Source: a virus
DNA length: 54,477 bases
Virus record (IMG/VR): IMGVR_UViG_3300037313_000433
Location: 1 to 54,477 of that record
Reading direction: 5' to 3' (one strand)
Within the stretch, counting starts at the first letter, position 1. Every line of letters begins with the position of its first letter. Shown here piece after piece: positions 17,649 to 26,808 of the stretch. The notes beneath the pieces were generated by a model that worked only from the letters and a program-made list of their open reading frames with translations, was not told the DNA's origin and did no database searches. The position numbers and the translations under genes were made by a program.

Positions 17649-18381
17649 TTGCTCTTGTCCTCACGTTCCCGCTGATCGCGGTATTCCTGTGCCAGCGCCC
17701 TGATGAACGCGGCGTCCATATCCCGCAGAGCGCGGATTTCAGCCGGCGTCACGAGCGTGCGCGTCAACTGCATCCATGCTGCGATGTCTTGGAAGGTGAT
17801 CGGATCGGGACCGTTCTGGTTATACCGGCGGGAGGCCGATAGATCCCAAAACCAGTCCCATATCCATCGGTAAGCCCGAGGGGTGATCGACCGGGGCGCC
17901 AAGTTGGCGCAGTCGAAGCGGGCATATCGTTCCCGGCGGGTCTCGCCATCCTTGTCCGGCGTTTCATACCGGACATAAACCGCTACGCGGCGGCTGAGGT
18001 ATTGCGAGACCCGGCGAGAAAGTTTCCCGCTTTGGCCAGGTGGGCGTCAATCTGCCGGAAGATGACCGGAACCTTGAGCAGCGCGAGCTTGTTGGCGTCG
18101 TTGCACTCGGGGTTTTCCTTGCCGTTGAGCGTCAGCCCCTTGGCCCACGTCCAGGAGACGATTGTCGCCGAATACTGTCGGCGCGTGTTCTCCTCCTGAC
18201 GTTCAGGCGTGTAGGAGTCCGGACCGAGCTCCGCATTCTCGGACTGGATTTCGCGGAGCACGGCCTTGACCGGGTCGCTGTCGATCGCCTGCAGCTCGAG
18301 CGTGACGCCGGACGGTTTGCCGTCGGCGCCCTTGAGTTCGAGCTTCGATGTGACCGGTTTGAACTGTTCGAGGAATTCCAT
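17636..18381 (-). CDS. tail assembly chaperone GT-like fusion made by programmed -1 frameshift at GGGAAAC (18022-18028)
   Basis: The -1 frame is open from 18046 to the stop at 17636 and overlaps the G ORF; in the G frame the heptamer reads G GGA AAC (X XXY YYZ). Confidence 0.65.
17983..18381 (-). CDS. tail assembly chaperone (G-like, frame 0 product)
   Basis: 132 aa between the tail tube and tape measure genes; contains the GGGAAAC slip site near its 3' end. Confidence 0.7.
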   Translation of the reverse strand: MEFLEQFKPVTSKLELKGADGKPSGVTLELQAIDSDPVKAVLREIQSENAELGPDSYTPERQEENTRRQYSATIVSWTWAKGLTLNGKENPECNDANKLALLKVPVIFRQIDAHLAKAGNFLAGSRNTSAAA

Positions 18382-18389
18382 GGCTCACC

Positions 18390-18872
18390 TTACGGCTGGG
18401 GATTGACGCGGATCGGGACTTGGTTGAGGCGAAGCGTAAACTTCTCCAGATCGAATTCATCCGATCCACCGCCCGGATACATTAGCCCGGAAACCACGCC
18501 GCGGCTGTAGATGATGGTGTTTGTCGAATAGCCTGACGGCTTATCGTTGCGCTCGATCTTGATCGCCATGTTATGCTGGTTGAGCGGATCGGCGAAGGTG
18601 CGCAAGATGATCTGGCCCGGGTCGTCATAGATTGAGGCGACTTCCAGATCGGGAGCGCCAGCATCGGCAACGCCCTTTTGGTGGGTGGTAACCGGTTCAT
18701 CAAGGGTATTGTAGGTGACGTCGTTGGCGGTGGCGCCGAAATCGCCGATCTTGCCCACCTTGCCGACCTGAACCCAGGTCAGGGCCTCATAGCCCGCCTG
18801 TACAAGGTCGCTGTCCTGCGCGGTCGAGCAGACATAGATCTTGCTGCCCTTTTTCGTCGTCTTATTGGTCAT
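18390..18872 (-). CDS. major tail tube protein
   Basis: 160 aa; position upstream of the chaperones; sequence resembles siphovirus tail tube proteins. Confidence 0.65.
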   Translation of the reverse strand: MTNKTTKKGSKIYVCSTAQDSDLVQAGYEALTWVQVGKVGKIGDFGATANDVTYNTLDEPVTTHQKGVADAGAPDLEVASIYDDPGQIILRTFADPLNQHNMAIKIERNDKPSGYSTNTIIYSRGVVSGLMYPGGGSDEFDLEKFTLRLNQVPIRVNPQP

Positions 18873-18875
18873 GTC

Positions 18876-19286
18876 TTAAACCTCCGGTTCGAATGCATGC
18901 CAGGGTATCGTTATGGGGATCGACACCCGATCGGCTTCCTGTATCGGGCTTGCGGCCCATGGTTCGCGGTCAACAGTGATCCGCGTTGCGCCGGCCCAGA
19001 GGACCAGGTTCTTGAAATGGTTGATGACGGCGCCGGCGGCGTTCAGGGGCTTGATCAGCCCCTCGCCTGACACCCACACGACCGTCACCTGAAGCAAGCC
19101 GCGTTTCTGCTGCGGATCATCGCCGATGGTGACCTGTCGCGTCTGGTTTGGCAGGAAATCGGCCCTGAGATAGTTCGGGCCGGCGGTGAAATCGATGCCC
19201 GGGTATGCTACCGGCAGCGGCGGCGTCAGAACCAATAGCCCAAGCCGGTCCATAAGCGCGGCGAGGATGTCACTTTCCGTCGACAT
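18876..19286 (-). CDS. tail terminator / tail completion protein (DUF4128-like)
   Basis: 136 aa immediately upstream of the tail tube gene. Confidence 0.55.
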   Translation of the reverse strand: MSTESDILAALMDRLGLLVLTPPLPVAYPGIDFTAGPNYLRADFLPNQTRQVTIGDDPQQKRGLLQVTVVWVSGEGLIKPLNAAGAVINHFKNLVLWAGATRITVDREPWAASPIQEADRVSIPITIPWHAFEPEV

Positions 19287-19650
19287 CGGCCTCTACCGGC
19301 TGCTCTTCCTGCTCGACGGCTGCGGCCAGCTCGGGCTGTGGCTGTGGCTCCGGTTCCGCCGCGGGTTGCTTTTCCTCTTCCTGCTCTGGCTCGGTGACCG
19401 GTTCGGGCTTTGGCGAAATGCGGATCTCGACCTTGCCGCGGATCGTCTCCTCGACGTAGCTATCACCGTCCTTTTTCAGCGCGCCTTTGTCATCGCGGAC
19501 ATAGTGCCGAACGAAGTTCTGCAGGTCGTCGGCTTCGAATACGTCATAGACCGGCTCACCATCCACGAATGTATCCACGAGCACTCCGGCACTCCGGAGC
19601 CCCTGAAAGACCTGATAGCCGGCGTCTTGCTTGTTTACAGAGAACCGCAT
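19270..19650 (-). CDS. hypothetical protein with acidic Pro/Glu-rich C-terminus
   Basis: 126-aa ORF co-oriented in the head-tail joining module. Confidence 0.5.
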   Translation of the reverse strand: MRFSVNKQDAGYQVFQGLRSAGVLVDTFVDGEPVYDVFEADDLQNFVRHYVRDDKGALKKDGDSYVEETIRGKVEIRISPKPEPVTEPEQEEEKQPAAEPEPQPQPELAAAVEQEEQPVEADVDGK

Positions 19651-19863
19651 GGTCGATATTCCTTCTTTCGATGTCAGAAAAACCGCCCCTCAGCGATAAC
19701 CAGGTCCATGACCGCCTTCATGCCGCGTGGCTCGCTCTCGGGACAGAGGCGGGAGAGACAGCCCGTGGCAACACTTCTATCCAGGCCGCTCGCCGTGCGC
19801 TCGCCATACTTCAATTAGGCTTGGTCGCCGCGATGGAGGCAGAGAGCGACGTGAACAGGGCCA

Positions 19864-20421
19864 TCAAAGCCCCAGACGCCCCTTAAGCTCGGATGCCTTC
19901 TGATCAACGATTTCTTGCCAGCGCTGAGCGGCAAGGGCAACGAAACGCCTTGGGGCGCGGCTCTTGTAGCCATATTCAGCGGCGCGCGCGTAAGCGGCCG
20001 TATAGCCGAAATAGAGCGTCTCGCCGATCTCAGCACCCGAGATCACCGCTTCGATCTCACCCTCGTTGTAGGCGTAACTCTTGCCCTCTTCAGGATGAGC
20101 CGACGCTTCGATCAGCGGCATGGATGATGTCGATGCCAGCAGGGAAGCGCGAAGAAAGCCGGTATCCACTGGAATGTTTCCAGAGCCGCCGGAATGCACC
20201 GGGCCGAACGCCTTCTTGCTGTTGCCGCGCGAACCGTCAGCCTTGATCTTTCCGAGCCCAGCGCCGATCGCAATTGCCTTCTTGGTGGTCGCCGCCGAAG
20301 GCCCTGGCTCCTGCATTACCGAGACGACTTCCTGTGCGGATTCCTTGAATATGGCTTCGGTCGCGCCCTTGACATTCTTTGCCCATTCAGCGATCTGGCC
20401 CGCAAAGGACTGGCTGGCCAT
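19864..20421 (-). CDS. HK97 gp10-family head-tail joining protein
   Basis: PVDTGFLRASL motif; shares its start/stop base with the upstream gene. Confidence 0.6.
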   Translation of the reverse strand: MASQSFAGQIAEWAKNVKGATEAIFKESAQEVVSVMQEPGPSAATTKKAIAIGAGLGKIKADGSRGNSKKAFGPVHSGGSGNIPVDTGFLRASLLASTSSMPLIEASAHPEEGKSYAYNEGEIEAVISGAEIGETLYFGYTAAYARAAEYGYKSRAPRRFVALAAQRWQEIVDQKASELKGRLGL

Positions 20422-21461
20422 CAGATGGCCTCCGCCTTGAACCGCGAGACCACAGAGGCGAAATAGTCGACCTTATAGTCTAGCCAGCACCGGCAACCGA
20501 TGATCTCGGCAGCTGGCGCATTCGGATCGCCGGGATACCTGAGATGTGCGCCGGACGGGCTGACGAATACCGCATCAATGCCGACCTTCTGGCCGTTCAA
20601 GATGCGGTGCGTATGCCTCACCCGATGGTCTCCAGCCGACCGCCACCGCTTGGTGACATCCTGCGCCGCAACCTTTCCAGCGGCTATCTGTTGCCGCATG
20701 GCGCTCTCGCGCGCGGTGCCCAGCGCGGTCATGGTTTCAGTCCGCGACAGCATTTCAGCGCGAAGCTTGAGATTGTTGTCCGTCAGCCGGCCGATGATCT
20801 TGGTGACGGTGTCCTGAGGCAGAGTCTTACCGTCGCGAATGGCGGCATTGACCGTGGCGTCGAAACGCTTGTCCCTTGTCTGGAGCCCGAGATACTGCTT
20901 CATCGCTGCCGGATCGCCGGAGAGCAGGTTCGCCCGTGCTCGCTCGACAAAGTCCATCTGGTTACCGGTGAGCCCGAGCAGGCCGCCTTCCCTCCGCTTC
21001 GTGACTGGATTGACGCGGCCGACGATGTCGAGCGCGGTTGATGTCGGGTTCCGTCCGGCAGCCAGTCCTTGAGAGAGAACAGTACGCAAGCCGTCCTTCT
21101 GGTCATTCGTGATCCCGACGACGAGATCGGCAGAATGTTGGGACAGTTGGCGCTCGCCTTCGGTATTCCGCACGCCGAAGCGCCATATCACCCGATTTCC
21201 GTTCGGGTCTCTGACACTGGGCAGTTCACCGACCGCTGCCACGCCGCCGGCATTGTAGGCTTGGGCTATGACCTGCTCCAGAGCCGCGAACGCCTCCGGA
21301 TCAAGCTGCAGCGCGGCGATGGCACCGTTGATGTCCTGCTTCTCCAGACGATCGACAAACACCTTCAGGATCACCGCATCGCGAATGCCTTGGATGGCAT
21401 CGCGAAAGGCCTTGGCAACCTCGGGCTCGAAGGTCGCCAGGAGATCGTCAATCGGCGACAT
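20421..21461 (-). CDS. minor head protein, Mu F / SPP1 gp7 family
   Basis: C-terminal DHRVRHTH...PGDPNAPAAEIIGCRCW signature of the phage Mu F domain. Confidence 0.75.
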   Translation of the reverse strand: MSPIDDLLATFEPEVAKAFRDAIQGIRDAVILKVFVDRLEKQDINGAIAALQLDPEAFAALEQVIAQAYNAGGVAAVGELPSVRDPNGNRVIWRFGVRNTEGERQLSQHSADLVVGITNDQKDGLRTVLSQGLAAGRNPTSTALDIVGRVNPVTKRREGGLLGLTGNQMDFVERARANLLSGDPAAMKQYLGLQTRDKRFDATVNAAIRDGKTLPQDTVTKIIGRLTDNNLKLRAEMLSRTETMTALGTARESAMRQQIAAGKVAAQDVTKRWRSAGDHRVRHTHRILNGQKVGIDAVFVSPSGAHLRYPGDPNAPAAEIIGCRCWLDYKVDYFASVVSRFKAEAI

Positions 21462-21988
21462 CAGGCCGAACGCATCAAGAGTGCGATTTGATAGGTGGCC
21501 GGGCCACCGGAGCCGTTGGCAATGCGGAGGATGTCTCCCGTGCCAGCAGTGATCGTCGCCAGCCCCGTGGCATCCGGGTTCATGAGGACGAAGCAGCCGC
21601 CCGGCTTGATTGGTCCAACCGTCGGCGTGGTGCCGCCGAGGAAGCCGACAACCGGATTGCTGCCGCCGCCGAGCGTCAGATTGGAGACGTTTGCCGGGCT
21701 GCCAGCCTTCGGTGCATTGATGAGGACAATGCCGACGAGTTCGACAGACGTGATGGTGGCGCCGAAGATGTCCGTGAGCACGCCCGACAGATCGAGGTCA
21801 TCGTTCGTGCTCGCGTTGACCGTCCGCTCGGCCATATACAGCTGATCGAACTTGTTGGCCGTCGTGCCGCCCGAGAATGCCTGGACGAGCGACATCGCGC
21901 CGTTCCAATAGGTGCTTCCGAACGAGTTGTTGCCGCTGTTGAGCGAGGCTTTGAAGCCGATGGAGAGTTCTGCGCTTGCGACCGTCAT
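21461..21988 (-). CDS. hypothetical virion protein (175 aa, Gly/Thr/Ser-rich)
   Basis: Co-oriented, tightly packed in the structural module. Confidence 0.5.
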   Translation of the reverse strand: MTVASAELSIGFKASLNSGNNSFGSTYWNGAMSLVQAFSGGTTANKFDQLYMAERTVNASTNDDLDLSGVLTDIFGATITSVELVGIVLINAPKAGSPANVSNLTLGGGSNPVVGFLGGTTPTVGPIKPGGCFVLMNPDATGLATITAGTGDILRIANGSGGPATYQIALLMRSA

Positions 21989-21991
21989 GGA

Positions 21992-22345
21992 TCAGCTCCT
22001 TGCTTGAATTTCCCAGAAGACGACCGTTCCGGCCGGTGAGAGAGGTTTGATGTTGATGATCTGGTAGGCGGTTTCGGCCACGATGCTATCCGCCTCTGTG
22101 GGCGTGATCGAAAGCCCTTCGGTTGACAGATAGATCATCTTGTCGGTCCGCCGAATAAGCGATCCGTCGATCTTGCTATCCTCGTAATTGAGGACGACCA
22201 GCTTGCAGAGATAGTCTGTCGTCGTGAATGACGGATCGTAGGCCGGTCCGGTGGAAGTCTTGCGGCGGATCGCTCCGGCCATGCCGAACTTCGCAATCAA
22301 CCGTTCCGCCGTGGCGCGGGATCGCGCATAGTCGAAGCTGGTCAT
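21992..22345 (-). CDS. hypothetical head-tail module protein (117 aa)
   Basis: Start MTSFDY with ATGA overlap to the upstream stop. Confidence 0.5.
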   Translation of the reverse strand: MTSFDYARSRATAERLIAKFGMAGAIRRKTSTGPAYDPSFTTTDYLCKLVVLNYEDSKIDGSLIRRTDKMIYLSTEGLSITPTEADSIVAETAYQIINIKPLSPAGTVVFWEIQARS

Positions 22346-22602
22346 TGGAGCGCGTCCGTACGCCGATGAACATACTCGTGCTGAAGCCATGCGATAGCGC
22401 CCAGCATTTCATACACATTGGGGTGGATGTCGCACCAAAGCGCCAACCGATTTCCTTCCTGTGTGAAGCCCGTGGCAATCATGCTTTGAAGCCGACCGGA
22501 CTCGGCCATTGCAAGCATGTCTCTAAGCGCGCGGATCAGGCCTTCGTTCGGCTCGCCAAGCTGAGGCGGGCGTTCACCGAACAAACTGGTGACATTGCTC
22601 AT
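22342..22602 (-). CDS. hypothetical protein (86 aa)
   Basis: ATGA-coupled on both sides. Confidence 0.5.
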   Translation of the reverse strand: MSNVTSLFGERPPQLGEPNEGLIRALRDMLAMAESGRLQSMIATGFTQEGNRLALWCDIHPNVYEMLGAIAWLQHEYVHRRTDALQ

Positions 22603-23126
22603 ACCCGATATGCCTCACCGACAAGCGAACTGCTCCCGCCGCCACAAAGGAACTGACTGATCATGTCAGCCACGGCCATCAGGACAGGACGCTGCGACTC
22701 TGCCGAAATGAACGAATTCGCATATTCGACAGACAGCGAACCGACCTGCTCGCGCTTCACGACGCTTGCGGCAATGAAATCCGGGTTCATGGCGCCGGGC
22801 GAGACCAGTTCCCGAAGGGCGATCTCGGCAACGGCGTTTTTCACCTCAACCGGGATTTCATCGATCAGGATGGCATATCCTTCACGATCAACGACGCCAG
22901 CGCGAGGCCATGCAAGCGATTGCTTCCGGCCCCTGGTGCGATAGCCCGCCCATGCATAGCCGCTGCTGATGAAGGCGGTAGCCCGGCGGATGGCCTGTTC
23001 CTTCAGGCTGTCATCGCCTGTCCACGTCGAGTTGCCATTGGCGGTGTGATAACTGTCCGCGAAGGCGACCGAGATCAGGGCGTCGGCATTAGAGAGGCCC
23101 GTGCCGTCTTCAACCACAAGGCTCAT
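22599..23126 (-). CDS. head-tail adaptor (gp6/DnaT-like connector family)
   Basis: N-terminus MSLVVEDGTGLSNADALISVAFADSY resembles head-tail connector adaptor proteins; position after the head genes. Confidence 0.5.
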   Translation of the reverse strand: MSLVVEDGTGLSNADALISVAFADSYHTANGNSTWTGDDSLKEQAIRRATAFISSGYAWAGYRTRGRKQSLAWPRAGVVDREGYAILIDEIPVEVKNAVAEIALRELVSPGAMNPDFIAASVVKREQVGSLSVEYANSFISAESQRPVLMAVADMISQFLCGGGSSSLVGEAYRV

Positions 23127-23128
23127 GT

Positions 23129-23350
23129 TCAGGGTTCCTCATCGGCCAACCGAAGAAGCTTCAGCTTGGCGCGTTCCATGTCCCAGATCGCGGTGCCGCC
23201 ATCGGGCTCAGAGGATGCGAAATATTCAGCGCCTTCCTTGTCGATGCCGATGATCAGAACTCGTTCAAGCTGCCCAACGGCCGCCTCAAGCAGCCGATCA
23301 GGATTCAGCGGAAGTTTCGTGATCCCGGTGAAGCCAACGACATTGCTCAT
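23129..23350 (-). CDS. hypothetical protein (73 aa)
   Basis: ORF in operon context. Confidence 0.45.
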   Translation of the reverse strand: MSNVVGFTGITKLPLNPDRLLEAAVGQLERVLIIGIDKEGAEYFASSEPDGGTAIWDMERAKLKLLRLADEEP

Positions 23351-23353
23351 CGC

Positions 23354-24844
23354 TCAGAGCTGCCGCTTGTCGATCGCGAAATGCCGCCAGTTGATCGTCG
23401 CCGATCCAATGCCGGAGAAATAGTGATCGAGATGGAACGAGAGATACCCACGGGTGCCCGGCTGAATGATCACCGGCATGTAGAAGTTCAGGGTTTCGGT
23501 GATGTCACCCGGCCCAGCCGTTCCAATGCCAGAGGTCGCGCCGACTAGGTCGATATAGTCGACGCTATTGGGATTGAACGTTGTCTGATTGTATTCGGCG
23601 AAGAATTCTGCCGCGACCAAGTTCGTGGCGCTGGTGATTGTCGCCTCGATATAGCAATCAAGAATGTCACCGGGACTGTCATTGCCAGCCGCAATGTCCA
23701 TGAACACGCGGGCGCGACCGGCTTGGCCTGCCGAAATTGACAACGCCAAGTCTCGTGTCCCATCGGCATTCGCTGGCGTGGTCATTGAGCCAGAAATGCC
23801 GGTGTCCAATGGAGCACTTGTAATGCCAGCCGGGCCTGGGCCTGTCCAGCTGCCAATGGAGCCGCCAGTCTGCGTCAGGAAACCCGGATTGCTGAATAGT
23901 TGCTTGCCGAGCGCGGGCGTCTCGCCGCCGAACACCTTGCGCGTCGGGAGCGCTGGCACGAGCGGGGTCATCAGGGTAGCGAAGGCACGGCCAAGCGGCA
24001 CCGCGGCATTGACTAGGAAATGCGTACCATCGGCGGAAAAACCGGCCTTGAAAGCAATCGTCGTCGTGGTGAGGTCGAGAACCACAGAGGCGAGATCAAA
24101 GACCACCACCTTGCCCTTGGCGCGCGAGCGGCCCGCGTACGCGTTGATCTGCGAATTGTACCGTTGGAACGCTGCGCGCGCATTCGCGCTGCCCGCCACG
24201 CCCGTCTGCCCAGGTTCGGTAACGAGAATGACATTCATGCCGGCGGCCAAGAGCTGCTCGCATGCGGGCTGGATAACGTTTGTGAACGGATCGCTGGCGG
24301 TGTTGTTGGCGATGTCGTTGACAACGCCGAAAATAATTGCCCAAAGCGCGTCGGTCGCAATCATCTGGTTGATGTTCGCTTGGGTCAGATACTGATCCGA
24401 CCGGAAGCCTGCAGTCGCGCAGTTGAGTACCATCTTCATCCGCTGGCCCATGCGGACATTGGCCTGATTGAAGAAATGGGTCGAGGTGAACTGATATTGT
24501 GGGGTATCGTTGAACATGGTCGACATGCGGCTGTCGCCATTGCCGACAAAATGGTTCGGGTTCCTCTGGGCCGCGCCGTCTGCAGCAGTCACTAGGTCAG
24601 CATTGAGGGTGCATGTCAGCGTGCCTGCATAGCACTCCGCCATGATCCGCTTGGCAAAACTGTACGGCCCGATCAGGACTGAGGACGATGCTGCAATCAC
24701 GCGGGAAGCGGCGTCCTGAAGCAACCCGTGACCTTGGGCGATCCAAACCTTGCCATTCGAGTTGGCGTCAGCAGTTACCCTCAGCACGTCACCTTTGGCG
24801 AGCGTGAATGTTTCCGGCAATCCGGCTCTGATGATGTCGGCCAT
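23354..24844 (-). CDS. SGNH/GDSL-type hydrolase (esterase) domain protein, probably virion-associated
   Basis: Block I FVGNGDSRM, block III FGVVNDI (GxND), block V ADGTHF (DxxH) in the correct order; extra N- and C-terminal domains. Confidence 0.55.
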   Translation of the reverse strand: MADIIRAGLPETFTLAKGDVLRVTADANSNGKVWIAQGHGLLQDAASRVIAASSSVLIGPYSFAKRIMAECYAGTLTCTLNADLVTAADGAAQRNPNHFVGNGDSRMSTMFNDTPQYQFTSTHFFNQANVRMGQRMKMVLNCATAGFRSDQYLTQANINQMIATDALWAIIFGVVNDIANNTASDPFTNVIQPACEQLLAAGMNVILVTEPGQTGVAGSANARAAFQRYNSQINAYAGRSRAKGKVVVFDLASVVLDLTTTTIAFKAGFSADGTHFLVNAAVPLGRAFATLMTPLVPALPTRKVFGGETPALGKQLFSNPGFLTQTGGSIGSWTGPGPAGITSAPLDTGISGSMTTPANADGTRDLALSISAGQAGRARVFMDIAAGNDSPGDILDCYIEATITSATNLVAAEFFAEYNQTTFNPNSVDYIDLVGATSGIGTAGPGDITETLNFYMPVIIQPGTRGYLSFHLDHYFSGIGSATINWRHFAIDKRQL

Positions 24845-24914
24845 GACGCTCTCTCAATTTCGCGGGGAAGGAAGCCCGCCGATCGGTGCCGGCGGGCGGT
24901 GTAGTGCTATTGCT

Positions 24915-25466
24915 TCAGGAAGCCGGCTTGCTTTCGACCGCGGTGGCGATGATCTCGCGGGCCTTGGCCGCATCAAGATCGGTTTGCCCGCTGATCTCCT
25001 GGGCAAGGTTGACCTGCTGCTTCCAATGCATGCTTTCCCAATCCGGGGGGATTTCGACGGGCTTGATTCCGCCAGGTGCATCCGGAAGCCCGCGTTCGGC
25101 CCGAAGGTCGGCGGCAGACTTGCCGACGAAGGCGCCCATGTTGTTCTCGAACTCGGTAGCCTGCTTGTCCGGGAACCGGATATCAGTCGGCGTCGGGGTC
25201 GAATAAGTGCCGCTCGGGTTCTTGTCGGCCGCGTCTGCCGGCACCGGGTCAGTCTTGGTCACGCCACGGTTCGCGTCGACCTTACGCTTTGCTTCGAGCT
25301 TCGCGAGCATGTCGCGCTCTTCATCGGTCAGACCGTCGTCGCCGGCAACAGCGGCCTTGCTCTCCTTGTCGTAGAGCTTGTGCTCGTTCGGGTCATAGTC
25401 GGACTTGTTGATGATCGCATAGCCCCTGGTCGGGTGCTTTACCTTGACGGTTTCGATGTCGCCCAT
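24915..25466 (-). CDS. hypothetical head protein (183 aa; possible decoration/accessory)
   Basis: Immediately downstream of the coat gene. Confidence 0.45.
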   Translation of the reverse strand: MGDIETVKVKHPTRGYAIINKSDYDPNEHKLYDKESKAAVAGDDGLTDEERDMLAKLEAKRKVDANRGVTKTDPVPADAADKNPSGTYSTPTPTDIRFPDKQATEFENNMGAFVGKSAADLRAERGLPDAPGGIKPVEIPPDWESMHWKQQVNLAQEISGQTDLDAAKAREIIATAVESKPAS

Positions 25467-25496
25467 GGCGATGATCCTTTCCTTGGTGGTGAGAGA

Positions 25497-25520
25497 GCCG
25501 CCGGACCGAAGCCCGACGGC
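25497..25520 (-). terminator. 10-bp GC-rich hairpin with UUCG tetraloop just downstream of the coat gene (attenuator or mRNA stabiliser)
   Basis: Minus strand reads GCCGTCGGGC TTCG GTCCGGCGGC; followed by TCTCTC rather than a clean U-run. Confidence 0.4.
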
Positions 25521-25544
25521 GATGTTTCCCGCCCCTTATTCCGA

Positions 25545-26696
25545 TCAGCCGAGCAGCAGAGCGATATGCTCCGGGTTCGGCGCGCCCGTGCCCCAGGCCA
25601 TCGCGACCTCGTAGCGAGCGCGACGGTATTCCTTGTAGAGGGAGACTTCGAAGTTCAGGCCGGAGACGGTATCGGTTATCGTCATGCGGTCTGCCGCGGA
25701 GTCACCTTCCTTGGGGAGTGCCGGCGCACGGGCGGCGAGCACGAGGCCGTCAGAACTGAAGGCAATGTTAGGCGTGTAATTGCCGCCGACTGTGATCGCG
25801 GTGTTGTCCGCGGCCGAGGCCAACAGACCAGGGCCTTGCAGCACGATCTGGTTGGACGCCAGAGCGGTCTTGACCACATACTTGTTGCTGTCGCCTGCGA
25901 AGGTGACCACGTCGCCGGCCAGGATCGTGCCGGTGCCGGTATCAACCGCAATCGTGGTCGAACCGATGGGGTAGCCTGCGGCGTTGTTGACGAGGTAGCC
26001 TGAGCCCGTGCCCTTGGTGACGGTCTTCAGGCCGGCAGAGAAGCCCATGCCGAAGCCCTGGAGATCCAGCATCTCACGACGGCGGAGCAGACCATCAGTG
26101 CCAGCTTCATTCGCCTTGAATAGCACGGACTGCTTGCCTTCCAAGTTGAAGCGCGAAGCCGAGTTGACGATCATGGTGCGGCCGCTCTGCGGGGCGCCGT
26201 TTTCATCCAAGATCTTATTCGGACCGGCGAGGTCAGTCAGGTCGCCAGCGGTGCCGAACGGCGTCGTGCCAGCGGTGCCATAGGCACGAGAGGCAGCCGT
26301 TGCGCCCTGCACGGCAAGGTCAACTTCGATCTGGTTGACCAGCCAGCGCATGGATTCAGCGAACTGCATAGCGAGCAGCATGTTGTACATGACGCCATCG
26401 GGGCCAAGGGAAAGCTGTTCTTCGCCGTTCCAACGCACGGGCGAATATTTGGACTTGCTGATCTGGATCGGCAAAGTCGTCATCGCTTGGTCGCCATCAT
26501 CCGGGGGGATAGACGCCGGGGTGATGTTGCCGCCGGTGGCAGCCGGTACGATCGGCACGTTGACGGTCTGCCCGACGGCAGCGCGTTCGAGGGTGATGTC
26601 GCGCTGCACGTTCGGGATGAAGCCGACGAGTTCGCGAGAGACCTGCCGCAGCCCCGCATACAGCGAGGGCAGCACAGCGGTAATGGTATTCGCCAT
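25545..26696 (-). CDS. major capsid protein (P22 coat-like family)
   Basis: 383 aa; N-terminus MANTITAVLPSLYAGLRQVSRELVGFIP resembles P22-type coat proteins; follows scaffold and portal. Confidence 0.75.
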   Translation of the reverse strand: MANTITAVLPSLYAGLRQVSRELVGFIPNVQRDITLERAAVGQTVNVPIVPAATGGNITPASIPPDDGDQAMTTLPIQISKSKYSPVRWNGEEQLSLGPDGVMYNMLLAMQFAESMRWLVNQIEVDLAVQGATAASRAYGTAGTTPFGTAGDLTDLAGPNKILDENGAPQSGRTMIVNSASRFNLEGKQSVLFKANEAGTDGLLRRREMLDLQGFGMGFSAGLKTVTKGTGSGYLVNNAAGYPIGSTTIAVDTGTGTILAGDVVTFAGDSNKYVVKTALASNQIVLQGPGLLASAADNTAITVGGNYTPNIAFSSDGLVLAARAPALPKEGDSAADRMTITDTVSGLNFEVSLYKEYRRARYEVAMAWGTGAPNPEHIALLLG

Positions 26697-26808
26697 AACA
26701 GCGTTCCTTTCAGAGGTTCACGATGGGGGTTTTCAGGAGTGGGCTATCCGGCCCGGAGCGCCGCCCCCATCCGGGTTCGGCAAAAGGATCGCCGTGGAGG
26801 CGATGAAA

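Noticed and set aside
19651-19863. 213-bp non-coding gap in the head-tail module
   Set aside because: Only mini-ORFs of 15-29 codons without RBS, and no convincing hairpin or promoter that I could support. Left unannotated.
24750-26003. 417-aa plus-strand ORF
   Set aside because: Antisense to the coat gene, its accessory gene and the 5' end of the SGNH hydrolase gene; no motifs or RBS.
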